A stretch of 54,029 nucleotides of DNA from a virus (taxonomy: Duplodnaviria; Caudoviricetes). Position 1 is the stretch's first letter, and the number at the start of each line of letters is the position of its first letter. The translations under genes were made by a program, and so were the position numbers. Shown here piece by piece: positions 27,251-36,890 of this stretch. Under the pieces are notes generated by a model. The model saw only the letters and a list, made by a program, of their open reading frames with translations. It had not been told where the DNA came from and did no database searches. Where the stretch lies: IMG/VR virus record IMGVR_UViG_3300011116_000659, positions 1 through 54,029 of that record; one strand, written 5' to 3'.

Positions 27251-27784
27251 ATGTCGTCCAACAACTTCGCCGTTGACCTGTCTGCTCTTGATACCGTCCA
27301 GCGTCACCCGCTTGGTACTGAGTATGAGGAGCCTACTGGCTTCATCGACCTTTCCGCTCCGTCTGGTAGCCGCAATGCTGTCAGCCGTGGCAAGCGTATC
27401 TGGATTTACGTCCAGATTGCGTCTGGTACCACGCTGACCGCTGGTCAGACGGTGAGTCGTGCGGCTGGTACGGCTACCTATGAGAACTGTGTCATTGGTG
27501 CTGTCGATTGCTCCCCCGAGCGTATCGTCGGACTGGCTCAGGGAGCACTCGGTAGTGCCGGTGCTGTTACGTATGGCTGGGTTCTCCGTGAGGGGGTCGG
27601 GCTGTATGTCGCGGATACCGGCGGTACCACGGCGGACCGCCCCCTCATCGCTGGCAATGCGGTGGCTGGTGCGCTTGATGATTCCGGTGGTACGACCACG
27701 GACTCTGCCAAGTCGATTGGCTGGGCTATCACGGGCGGTGCTGCGGCCAGCACTTGGGTCGGCCGGTTCCGCTGTCGCGGCTAA
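27251..27784 (+). CDS. Capsid decoration/cement protein
   Basis: Follows the MCP; HPLGT, WIYVQ, YGWVLREG; Gly/Ala-rich. Confidence 0.65.
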   Translation: MSSNNFAVDLSALDTVQRHPLGTEYEEPTGFIDLSAPSGSRNAVSRGKRIWIYVQIASGTTLTAGQTVSRAAGTATYENCVIGAVDCSPERIVGLAQGALGSAGAVTYGWVLREGVGLYVADTGGTTADRPLIAGNAVAGALDDSGGTTTDSAKSIGWAITGGAAASTWVGRFRCRG

Positions 27785-27841
27785 CACCTAACAAGGTGGC
27801 CCAACAGGGCAGAAGCTCTATGATGGGCCGAGAGGTTCATC

Positions 27842-29287
27842 ATGGAGCTTTCTGCTATTCGGCAACTCGTTCTTGAGCAGATGGACTGGACTCCGAGTCA
27901 GTCTGATGAGTTCAAGGCAAAGTTCAATCGGTTCGTGAACCGGGCGTATCAGTACCTCTTTGAGGATGCCCCGTTCCTACTGCAAGATAACTTCACGCTC
28001 CGTACGCTGCCTGACACGTTCTCTGCGGCTGCGTCGGGCACGGCTGACCGTCTCACGCGGAATGCAGTTGACCCGTATATCCTTGAGCGGTCCCCTAATA
28101 CCGGGGCCTCTACATGGATTTTCGACGGGTCATGGGACGGTCGGTGGTTGGAGATCACGGACACCGATGGTACGCTCCGGCGCGTTCAGACGCGCGAGTG
28201 GTGGCAGATGAACGACGGGACGGAACGTGTCTCGCTTACTCGCCCGTGGCAGGGTGCCACCGGTGTGTATTACCAGTACCGTGTCTATACCCCGGTGTAT
28301 TACCTCCCTGGTGACGTTGTCACTATCAAGAACGCTCAGCTTCATCACAACGCGAACTACCAGTTGAAGGTATCTACCCGTGGTGATATGGAGTCTGGGC
28401 GTCTCGTTGATTTCAACGGGCGGACTACTGGACTTCCCCGTGTCATTTACCCGGGTACTCCCTTCGCCCTCGACGCCCCCACCCGGGCACCCTCGGTGAC
28501 GACGGTACAGGTACCGACGTGGGATGGACCTGATAACGCGGGTCAGTTTGACTTCTGTTATACGGTTTGCTGGGGTCGCCGTGACGCCTGGGATTCCACG
28601 GCTCAGGACTATGTTGAGCCCGTGTGGGAGTCCTCGCCGTCTCCGTGGTCTGCCAAGGTCAGTACCACCAACGGTGGCTTCTGCATCAAGATTTACAACA
28701 TCCCGAATGTTGACAAGCAGTTGAACTTCGGGTCTGATGTCCCTCTGCGTGAGGGCCGGTCCGGTCTGTATATCCGCATCTGGGCGCGTCGATACGATGC
28801 GGCTGTGAACGGAGCTATCACGGACCCGATTGAGAGTCCGGCTGTGCCCATGCTCCTGACTGAGATTGCTGGGAACGCGACCGAGTATTTCTATACCGGC
28901 AGTGTGTTTCATGACTATCTCCGTCGGCTCAAGCGGGTGAATAGCCACTTCGGTGTCTGTCTCTTCCCTCAGCCGGACAATCGGTATGAGATTGACATGC
29001 GTGTGCAGCTTCGTCCGACGGAGCTTACGAACGACCAGGATGCTCCTCGTATCCCCGAAGATGCGATGGAACTGTTCTTGCAGCGTGTCCTTGTCATCGC
29101 GTACGAGTATAACAACCAGCCGGAAATGTCTCAACTCGCGATGGCGCGATACAAAGAAACTCTTGGTATGGTCACCAAGCGGTACTCCAGTATCAACTAT
29201 CAGAAGGAAACTAAGCGGCTCGCTCGTATCAACAGTGGCGTCACCGGCCTGCGTGCGCGCTCTGTGACCTACACCGAGCCGACGTAG
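27842..29287 (+). CDS. Head-tail adaptor (tail tubular protein A-like) with large insertions
   Basis: N-terminal helix FVNRAYQ; YYLPGD; LFPQPD...Y; LTNDQDAPRIPE; C-terminal helices. Confidence 0.7.
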   Translation: MELSAIRQLVLEQMDWTPSQSDEFKAKFNRFVNRAYQYLFEDAPFLLQDNFTLRTLPDTFSAAASGTADRLTRNAVDPYILERSPNTGASTWIFDGSWDGRWLEITDTDGTLRRVQTREWWQMNDGTERVSLTRPWQGATGVYYQYRVYTPVYYLPGDVVTIKNAQLHHNANYQLKVSTRGDMESGRLVDFNGRTTGLPRVIYPGTPFALDAPTRAPSVTTVQVPTWDGPDNAGQFDFCYTVCWGRRDAWDSTAQDYVEPVWESSPSPWSAKVSTTNGGFCIKIYNIPNVDKQLNFGSDVPLREGRSGLYIRIWARRYDAAVNGAITDPIESPAVPMLLTEIAGNATEYFYTGSVFHDYLRRLKRVNSHFGVCLFPQPDNRYEIDMRVQLRPTELTNDQDAPRIPEDAMELFLQRVLVIAYEYNNQPEMSQLAMARYKETLGMVTKRYSSINYQKETKRLARINSGVTGLRARSVTYTEPT

Positions 29288-29321
29288 CGTGTTACACTGA
29301 CCATTCCACCAGGAGGCCCCC

Positions 29322-29660
29322 ATGGGCTACAAGCCGAATGAAGGTAAGGGAATCGAAGTTGAGCCCGACGTTCTGCTCTATGAGCAGACTGACGCGAGTG
29401 GGAATATCCACTATGCTCGTTGTCTCGGATGGACCAATGACAAGGTGAAGGGTCTTCGCCATGCCTGGGTTCTTCACCCGAGCTTTGGCACTGAGCAGAT
29501 GACTCCGGAGGAGGGTCGTCTGTCCGGGTTCAAGCCTATCCGTGTCGTGCTCCGTGAGAAGTATGACGCTGACATGGCTGCGATGGAAGCTCGTATTGCC
29601 AAGCTTGAGGCGTTCGTCGCTGATGTGGCTGCCGCGCGTGCGGCCAAGGGCAAGGCGTAA
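29322..29660 (+). CDS. Hypothetical protein with C-terminal coiled coil
   Basis: AGGAGG SD; extended -10 CGTGTTACACT at 29288-29298. Confidence 0.7.
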   Translation: MGYKPNEGKGIEVEPDVLLYEQTDASGNIHYARCLGWTNDKVKGLRHAWVLHPSFGTEQMTPEEGRLSGFKPIRVVLREKYDADMAAMEARIAKLEAFVADVAAARAAKGKA

Positions 29661-31780
29661 TGGCTACCGGGCGTCCCCTTACTACTGATATCCAGGCTAT
29701 CCGTGTTGAGACGGGTAGCTTCCTGGCATCGGCTAAGTATGCCAACCGCATTGAGAACATGGTTCTCACTTCGGATGGGACGCTCGCGTCTGTTATCGGT
29801 CCGAGTAAGTACGACCCTCACCGGGCGGACAATGATTGGGGTAACCTTCATGGTATCTATCATTGTCTGCTCATGGGTGGCACGCGCGACGTGCTACTCA
29901 TTCAGAACGGACAATACATTCAAGTCCATCAAGGATGGGACCACACCTGGGGTAACCTTATCGGCCCGGAAGGCTCCGGCGCCCAGGTTGAGAGTACAAT
30001 CCATGACCATCAAGGTATCCAGTTTCCTTTGCAGTGTGTGAGCACACCTACCGGTGTTGTTATCATCCCGCAGGGTAGCCGGGCATTCTTCTATGATGGC
30101 GAGGTTGTTTTGCCCCTTGGCTTCGACCGGGCACCCGGGGCACCCTTGGCCCTGGGCCCCGAGTCGTCTACCCCGTCCATTGCCAACGCGAATGATAGCG
30201 GGTACGCTGTCAATCGCTCTGATGCTAATGGGTATCAACTTCACGATGACTTCGGGTATGGGCGTATCGGTACTGGATTCTACACCACTATGTCTGACGG
30301 AAGTGGTGGGATTGATACGGCCGGTGGTGTGAACCATAGTCGGTATCAGTATGCTCAGCAGTGGGTAGACTACTTCGGTAACGTCTCCCCCGTCTCTCCA
30401 CGGTCGAACACTGTTGATATCTCCACGCAGTATGGTGCCGGGGATAAGCCTGAGAAGTTTCTGAAAGAGCTTTGCGTCCAGAACATCGAGGATGGGCCCA
30501 CGGGCACTGTCGGTAAGGACTTGCTGCGCTCTAAGGATATGCTAAGCTCGGGCACTACTGACCTGTTCTCCATCCCAACCAACATCGGGTCTGCCGTCGT
30601 TAGTTCCTACGCGACTATCCCCGATGGCTGCACCCGTCGGTACTACGACAATGCTCCTGATGCCTGGCTTATCCGCAAGCCCGTTTACCCCCGTCCCGTG
30701 CCTGTCTTCAAGCTTGGTTGCTATGCTTACGGACGGTTCTGGCTGGCGAACACTACGTCTGATCCTGGCCTGCTGATTCCGTCTCAGGCCGGTCGGTATG
30801 GTACCTTCCTTCCGGAGGACGAAATGTTCCCGGATGCGAACGGTGCTGAGATTATGGGTATGTGGCTGACTAACCAGGGGTTTCTGGTTATGACGGAAAC
30901 CAGCACGTACCTTATCTCCATGGATGAGACTGGACAGCGGTTCCGCTCTGGGACGCTTGACCCTGAGAAGGGGTGTGCGGCTCCGTCTTCTTTTGCGAAC
31001 ATGCCTGACGGCTCTTGTGTCTGGATGGGCCGAGATGGCTTCTACCAGTACAAGCAGGGGGTAATCTCGTTTATCTCGGAAGACATCCGAGATGAGTTTG
31101 CCAAGATTACCACTACCCGTATGCGGCAGGCTACCGCCTACTTCGACCCGGTGTCCCGTGAGTATCGGTGTTGGGTGCCCATCAATGGCTCCTCGCGTAA
31201 TACCATCTGTTGGGTATTCGATGGGGAAGGGTGGAAGCGCCGTACGGATATCCAGGCTGTGCAGGTGTGTCTTACCAAGGACCACCGTAAGTATGCGCTG
31301 GCTGTCGGTACCTCCACCAACTACACAGGTGATGTGAAGAAGGGTGTGTGGCTGCTCGACCATGAGAACAGTGAGCATATCCCTGAGGCACGAACGGCCA
31401 TCGTAGAGACTTCCTGGCTTGAGCCTTTCCGCTCTCAGGAGAGGAAGACTCCGATGGAAGTCAATCTATGGCTCCGTGAGACGTACAACGGGTATGGTAC
31501 GATTACTACATATCGCGATTGGCGCCTGTCGAATCCTATCGTCACTGATACCACGAACATGACGCTCGTTAGTCGTGACGATATCCCACCGACGTATGGT
31601 ACTACGGTCTATGGGGCCGGAGCTAAGTTCGTTCGGCGCCGTGGGTACTGGAAGAAGTGCTCCATCGATATCCCGTCGTGCGAAGTCTATAAGCTCAAGT
31701 TTAGTAGTACCAAGCGGTTTGAGTTCATCGGTATGCGGGTTCTTGAACGTGTCCACCCGGGCACTGGACGGATGGACTGA
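29660..31780 (+). CDS. Tail nozzle / tail tubular protein B-like beta-propeller
   Basis: IENM...DGTL; GRFWLA; GCAAPSS; WMGRDGFY; ISEDI; 706 aa. Confidence 0.75.
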   Translation: MATGRPLTTDIQAIRVETGSFLASAKYANRIENMVLTSDGTLASVIGPSKYDPHRADNDWGNLHGIYHCLLMGGTRDVLLIQNGQYIQVHQGWDHTWGNLIGPEGSGAQVESTIHDHQGIQFPLQCVSTPTGVVIIPQGSRAFFYDGEVVLPLGFDRAPGAPLALGPESSTPSIANANDSGYAVNRSDANGYQLHDDFGYGRIGTGFYTTMSDGSGGIDTAGGVNHSRYQYAQQWVDYFGNVSPVSPRSNTVDISTQYGAGDKPEKFLKELCVQNIEDGPTGTVGKDLLRSKDMLSSGTTDLFSIPTNIGSAVVSSYATIPDGCTRRYYDNAPDAWLIRKPVYPRPVPVFKLGCYAYGRFWLANTTSDPGLLIPSQAGRYGTFLPEDEMFPDANGAEIMGMWLTNQGFLVMTETSTYLISMDETGQRFRSGTLDPEKGCAAPSSFANMPDGSCVWMGRDGFYQYKQGVISFISEDIRDEFAKITTTRMRQATAYFDPVSREYRCWVPINGSSRNTICWVFDGEGWKRRTDIQAVQVCLTKDHRKYALAVGTSTNYTGDVKKGVWLLDHENSEHIPEARTAIVETSWLEPFRSQERKTPMEVNLWLRETYNGYGTITTYRDWRLSNPIVTDTTNMTLVSRDDIPPTYGTTVYGAGAKFVRRRGYWKKCSIDIPSCEVYKLKFSSTKRFEFIGMRVLERVHPGTGRMD

Positions 31781-31782
31781 TA

Positions 31783-33216
31783 ATGGCACACAAGCTCCCC
31801 AAGTATCGCTTTCGTAACGATGAGCCCATCGCTGCGGAGGAGATTGCTGCGAACCACCGTACCGTAAAGGATGAGCTTAGCAAGCTCAATGAGCACAACT
31901 TTGCCAGTAACGCATTCCCCGACCGAACGTATGCGGCCCCGGGGTTCACTCTCCATCTGAACAATGACTTTGTGGAGTTCGATGCGGCTGTCGGATATAC
32001 TCAGATGGATGGTGGTACGGACGGGTTTGTGCCCGGTGATACGTCGTACCCGCGTGACTATGCTGCTAGTGGGGGCGCTCCTCCCGGGTCTTTTGATGAT
32101 ACACGCTTCACACTCTCTGGGCACAGCGAGTGGCAGAGTATCATGCAGCTTGAAAAGTTCACGGGTAACTCTCTTCTGTGGGTACTTGCTTCTTTTCAGC
32201 AGCAGAGTTTTCGTGACCCTGATGACCCCTGTGGTCAGTACGCCATCCGTATCGACGGTACGGTGGTTGATGAGACGATTACCGGTGGGCTTGATAGGTC
32301 GAATGACCCGTATGGTGAGTCGGTAAACAGTATCGCACTCCCCTTCGTGACTGACCTAATCCTCCCCCTCGCGGCTGGTAACCACATCATTGAGCTTGTC
32401 GGGCGTGTTCCTCAGTCGGGCAGCCTCCTCCAGCTTGACGATGTGAGCACGGTCGCAGTATTCAACCGAGAACTTATCCTCCTCGTACTCGACCCAGAGA
32501 GCACAGCGGTCGATGGTACCGGGTCCGAAGTGACTCTGGTTGAGGAAGGATACACGATTGATGCCGCAACGATGCAGCAAGGGTACGATGATATCAAGGA
32601 TGATATCAACGACATCGAGTTCCCGGATATCCAGCCCGAGTCCCTTACCGCGGAACACTGTCCGACGGCGGTAGAGAATGCACGCTCTGTGTCTATCTCT
32701 GGGACGGTTGCCCATACGTATACTAACAAGTATACGTATTACGGGGATAGCACCATCGGGAGCCCGGGATGGCAACTCGTTGACGATGGTACTCACTCGC
32801 TGTTCCTTGACACGATCTCTACCATTGACATGACAGATTCTTCGCTTGTGGGCATCCTCGTCGGTACTGATGTGAATGTCGTAAGCCTTGTGTCTGCTGG
32901 TCCGGATGTTGCGGCACTACATCATCAGTATGCTATCTTCACCATCATGTTCCGTGATGAGAATGGAGACTGGCACAACATCAAGAAGACGGAGCGGTAT
33001 CTCAACTCTGAGTGGGATACTACCGAGTTCACGCTTGACCTGCATAAGACTGTTTCGATCCGTACCGTCATCACTGCTGATGATATTGCTCCCCACACCA
33101 ATGTAACGGGTATCATGGTAGCTGTGGCGACGGATGACCGAAGCATCAACAACGATGTTGTGACTGCAACGCTCCGTGATGGCAACCTCTGGTATGCCGC
33201 TCTACAGGGGGAATAG
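31783..33216 (+). CDS. Tail-associated structural protein (two similar modules)
   Basis: Acidic, beta-rich; position after the nozzle. Confidence 0.6.
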   Translation: MAHKLPKYRFRNDEPIAAEEIAANHRTVKDELSKLNEHNFASNAFPDRTYAAPGFTLHLNNDFVEFDAAVGYTQMDGGTDGFVPGDTSYPRDYAASGGAPPGSFDDTRFTLSGHSEWQSIMQLEKFTGNSLLWVLASFQQQSFRDPDDPCGQYAIRIDGTVVDETITGGLDRSNDPYGESVNSIALPFVTDLILPLAAGNHIIELVGRVPQSGSLLQLDDVSTVAVFNRELILLVLDPESTAVDGTGSEVTLVEEGYTIDAATMQQGYDDIKDDINDIEFPDIQPESLTAEHCPTAVENARSVSISGTVAHTYTNKYTYYGDSTIGSPGWQLVDDGTHSLFLDTISTIDMTDSSLVGILVGTDVNVVSLVSAGPDVAALHHQYAIFTIMFRDENGDWHNIKKTERYLNSEWDTTEFTLDLHKTVSIRTVITADDIAPHTNVTGIMVAVATDDRSINNDVVTATLRDGNLWYAALQGE

Positions 33217-33921
33217 ATGCCTATTACGTTCGCGGCTACCCCTGCTGATGGTGATGTCGTTGGTCCGAACCTACTGAACACGAATCAGTATGCCCCTCAG
33301 ACCCCCGGCAGTAGCTTTGCTGATATCAACGGGGAGCTTGACCATAACTACACGAATGCCGGGTGGAAGGTCCGGTCTTCCCTCATCCGGAACCGTACGT
33401 TGGGGAATGGACGCATGGTTGGCTCGACCATGCCGAGTGACGTACTTACGGTACTCAACCCATCGGATAACACCCAGGATGGTGCCTATACCATGGTGCA
33501 TGGGTCTGGTGTACGGTTCTTCCTGCCTCGTCAGCCCACTATCATGTGGCTTACCTGGCAGATTGTTACCGCATCGGATTTTGGTATCCATGTGACTGAC
33601 AATGAAGCTATCTTCAAGGCGTACCTTGATGACGCGGAACTTCCTGGTCAGAGCCGGCATCAGCCTCCCGCGTGCTACTTCAACGAGCGCCACCGATTCA
33701 CCGACCGTATCTGGTCTGGGTCAGTCATGCTGACGGGGAATGACGTACCTGCCGCAGGCTGGCACAGTGCCAACATCCGGTATTGGGGCGGAGGATTCGC
33801 TATCCGGAACCAGGCGCAGCGTGACTTGCTTGGTATCACCGACACTCAAGAGGCTGACCAAGAGTTCGGTGGTATGATTCGATTCCGTGTCAGAAACATG
33901 AAGTTCCTTTGGCTCCGGTAG
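33217..33921 (+). CDS. Tail-associated structural protein
   Basis: DGDVV...LN-type N terminus; position. Confidence 0.6.
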   Translation: MPITFAATPADGDVVGPNLLNTNQYAPQTPGSSFADINGELDHNYTNAGWKVRSSLIRNRTLGNGRMVGSTMPSDVLTVLNPSDNTQDGAYTMVHGSGVRFFLPRQPTIMWLTWQIVTASDFGIHVTDNEAIFKAYLDDAELPGQSRHQPPACYFNERHRFTDRIWSGSVMLTGNDVPAAGWHSANIRYWGGGFAIRNQAQRDLLGITDTQEADQEFGGMIRFRVRNMKFLWLR

Positions 33922-33922
33922 G

Positions 33923-33951
33923 TTGACACCACCGGAGCAGTGCGGTAAGAT
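33923..33951 (+). promoter_or_regulatory. Consensus sigma70-type promoter
   Basis: TTGACA-N17-TAAGAT filling the intergenic gap. Confidence 0.75.
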
Positions 33952-33957
33952 GGAGCC

Positions 33958-34500
33958 ATGGACGCTCCTACGCCCGCACCGCTGAGTGACTCTTCTACTT
34001 ACAAGCTCGACGCCTTCGGTGGTATCAACCCCGGGGATCGTTCTCGTAAGTATCTTCTGAGTGATCTCAAGAAGATGGAGAATGGTCAACTCGGTATGTC
34101 TTCCTCTGAGAAGCGCGCAGCGGTTGACTCTGCCAACTCCCAGGCCGCTGCGAATATGCAGGGTCAGGCTAAGGACATGGGGCAGGCTGCGCTTGCCTCG
34201 GGGCCCATGTCTGCCGTGTCGGGGCGTGCAGCGCAGGTACAGCGTGACGCTGCCGCGCAGCTTGGTAACGCCGGGGCACTCGCGTCTGCGGAGGTGGAGA
34301 AGACTTCCCAGGCATTGCGTGAGCAGCAGCGTCAAGCCATCCGTGGCTCTCTTGAGCGTGAGCAGGACCGTAACCGTCAGGACACTCAGTTCTGGATTAG
34401 CACCCTTCTGAATCCCCAGCTTGTCTCGGGCACTGGTAGCATGATTTCCAAGGGTGTTGAGCAGGCGAATACGGCTGCGGCCAACGCAGCTAAGACTTAG
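33958..34500 (+). CDS. Small ejection (pilot) protein
   Basis: Ala/Gln-rich, helical; first of three size-graded genes. Confidence 0.6.
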   Translation: MDAPTPAPLSDSSTYKLDAFGGINPGDRSRKYLLSDLKKMENGQLGMSSSEKRAAVDSANSQAAANMQGQAKDMGQAALASGPMSAVSGRAAQVQRDAAAQLGNAGALASAEVEKTSQALREQQRQAIRGSLEREQDRNRQDTQFWISTLLNPQLVSGTGSMISKGVEQANTAAANAAKT

Positions 34501-34508
34501 GAGATACC

Positions 34509-36890
34509 ATGGCCGATGCACCCGTTGATGTCCGGGACGCCCGTGACCCTATCCTTGAGCGTATCCGCTCTCGTGTGAATCCTCTTGACTCTGCAAAGGA
34601 CTTTCAGCTTTACGAGGCTGAGAAGGGTGCTGAGCTTGCCCGTGGTTCACAGAGCACGTTCCGTGCGCTCGTTCATCTTCCCCCTATCGACGGGGAAATG
34701 ACTGAGGCGCAACGACAGGCCCTCCTCGCAAAGTATACCGGAATGCTGGCTGATCTCAAGAAGGTCGAGTCCAGTATGAAGGCCGAGGATATGAAGTCCC
34801 AGCGCGGATACCAGACGGCTATGTCCAACTTGTCTTCCGCCCTGTTGAAGTATGCGGCGTCTGAGAATGCTTCCTATGCGACGACTGTGTCTTCTGCAAT
34901 GCAGGCCGCTACGGAGCGTATGACGGCGCTCTCCACCGAGCAGGATTTGTACGGCACTGCCACTCTTCCTGACAAGGTCCGTTCTGCATATGCTGAGGAC
35001 ATCAAAGACCTTGCTACGTCTGTCTCGCCGGATGGCACCATCCGTGACGGTGCGACGTATTACACCAAGCTCGACGCCCTCTTGAAGAAGACGAAAGACC
35101 CGCGTGAGGTCATCCCTCTTCTGAGTGAAGTGGCGGCTACTGCTGGTGTGACGGACCCTCAGCACTTCATTACCAGCCTGAGTGGTATGCCCAAGGATGC
35201 TGCCGCCGGTGCCTCTCTCCGTAGGCAGCTTGCGGCTGGTCAGGCTGCGTATGCCTCTGCGATGGAACGTCAGGAGCAGATTACGGGGCAGATTACGGAG
35301 GTTGACCAGACCTTCCGTGACCGTGCCAAGGGGGAGCCCGGATGGGTTCAGGACATGCTTGCTATGTCCATGCGTGGTATCGCTGGCATTGATACCAAGC
35401 CCTCTCCGGAGCTTGCCGCCGCACTTGGTATCGGACCGATGGATGGTAGTACCACGGAGGGTGGTGTCCCGCAGACCGGACCCGATGGGAAGCCTATCCC
35501 TGGGAGCAAGACTGCATACAAGCTTGAGGCAAACCCGTATACCGCGGACGCGAAGGCACATATCGAGCAGCAGATTGATGCCCTCATGGCGGGTACTGAC
35601 CCTCGGTATGTCCAGCTTCGGAAGGCTATGATTTCCTCTGATGCTTTCAAGAAGTTCAAGGAAATCCATGGGTATGAAGACGATGAGGTTGCCTTCCAGG
35701 CGTGGGGGAAGGCGGCGAAGTTCCATGCGAGTAAGACCAAGGCGGATACTCGCGCGGCCATGGACCGGGAAATCCTGAGCGGACGCCAGGAAGCGGGCGT
35801 GCTCGACCAAGCCGGCGCCCGTGTTCGCACGGCTATTCGTGACCTTTTCGGTGGTAAGAAGAAGACTCTTACCCAGAAGGAGGCAACGGATGTGATGGCT
35901 GCCGGGGAGGAAACCCCGGACGATTCTTCCACCCCCCTCACCCCCACGGGCACCCCGGCCGAAGAGGCGGACCCCACGTCCCCTGAGAAGCCGGCTCTGG
36001 CTTCTCAGACCGAGAACCCGTCTGCTGGTATTACCAACGGCTCGTCGCCGCCTGTGACCACGGAGGAAAAGGGTGGTAGTAAGTCTGAGGCACGGGCGGC
36101 GGCTTCCGAAGAGAAGGCTGCGAAGTACCGTATCGTGAACGACCCCCGCAATCCCGACTACATCTATCGGCAGTATGCTGATGGACGTATCGAGTTGATT
36201 GGTACTCCCAATGATGCTACCGTGTCCCCCAAGAACCCCCGTGCTCAGACTGGTAGTGGGAAGACCAAAGTGGAGTCTGTCATCGGTGCCTATGTGGAAG
36301 AGTCTGAGAAGCCGGACCCGAAGAAGACGGCTCTTGACCTTGAGGACGTTCAGCCCTCTCCCGAGCGTCCTCCGCAGGGTGAGAACATGAACATGACCCC
36401 CAAGGCGCGTGGCAATGAGGGTGCGAAGATTGGGGTCATTGAGGGTATCGCCCGTGCCGGAAGCGGTGATATCAAGATGGGGGCCAGTGGTCCCGGGCTC
36501 AAGCTCGGACGTGCCGGAGAGCTTGTTAGTACGGACAAGCCCCACACCCCGTCTGAGGCACCTGACCCGAACCTGGTCAAGCCGGAAGAGAAGGGCGTCA
36601 AGGGAGTTGGCAACAGTCGTGGAGAGATCGACTACTCCAAGGAAGAGGCAGATGCCCGTATGAAGATGCCGGTGGTCAACCGTAAGGAAGCCACTCGCCC
36701 CCTCAGTGTGCAGGAGCAAGAGGTTCCTTTGGAACAGAAGCTCAATCCTGGTCTTATCCCTGTCTCTCCCGAAGAGAAGAAGCGCCGGGCTACCCTCCGC
36801 AAGGTGTTGCTGGACGACGCCGGGTATGATACGGATACCGGGCTGTCACCCAACATGAGGGAAATCCATGAAACCTACGGCACCGAGTAA
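34509..36890 (+). CDS. Internal virion / ejection protein (793 aa)
   Basis: Helical N-terminal half, disordered Pro/Glu-rich C-terminal half; position. Confidence 0.6.
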   Translation: MADAPVDVRDARDPILERIRSRVNPLDSAKDFQLYEAEKGAELARGSQSTFRALVHLPPIDGEMTEAQRQALLAKYTGMLADLKKVESSMKAEDMKSQRGYQTAMSNLSSALLKYAASENASYATTVSSAMQAATERMTALSTEQDLYGTATLPDKVRSAYAEDIKDLATSVSPDGTIRDGATYYTKLDALLKKTKDPREVIPLLSEVAATAGVTDPQHFITSLSGMPKDAAAGASLRRQLAAGQAAYASAMERQEQITGQITEVDQTFRDRAKGEPGWVQDMLAMSMRGIAGIDTKPSPELAAALGIGPMDGSTTEGGVPQTGPDGKPIPGSKTAYKLEANPYTADAKAHIEQQIDALMAGTDPRYVQLRKAMISSDAFKKFKEIHGYEDDEVAFQAWGKAAKFHASKTKADTRAAMDREILSGRQEAGVLDQAGARVRTAIRDLFGGKKKTLTQKEATDVMAAGEETPDDSSTPLTPTGTPAEEADPTSPEKPALASQTENPSAGITNGSSPPVTTEEKGGSKSEARAAASEEKAAKYRIVNDPRNPDYIYRQYADGRIELIGTPNDATVSPKNPRAQTGSGKTKVESVIGAYVEESEKPDPKKTALDLEDVQPSPERPPQGENMNMTPKARGNEGAKIGVIEGIARAGSGDIKMGASGPGLKLGRAGELVSTDKPHTPSEAPDPNLVKPEEKGVKGVGNSRGEIDYSKEEADARMKMPVVNRKEATRPLSVQEQEVPLEQKLNPGLIPVSPEEKKRRATLRKVLLDDAGYDTDTGLSPNMREIHETYGTE

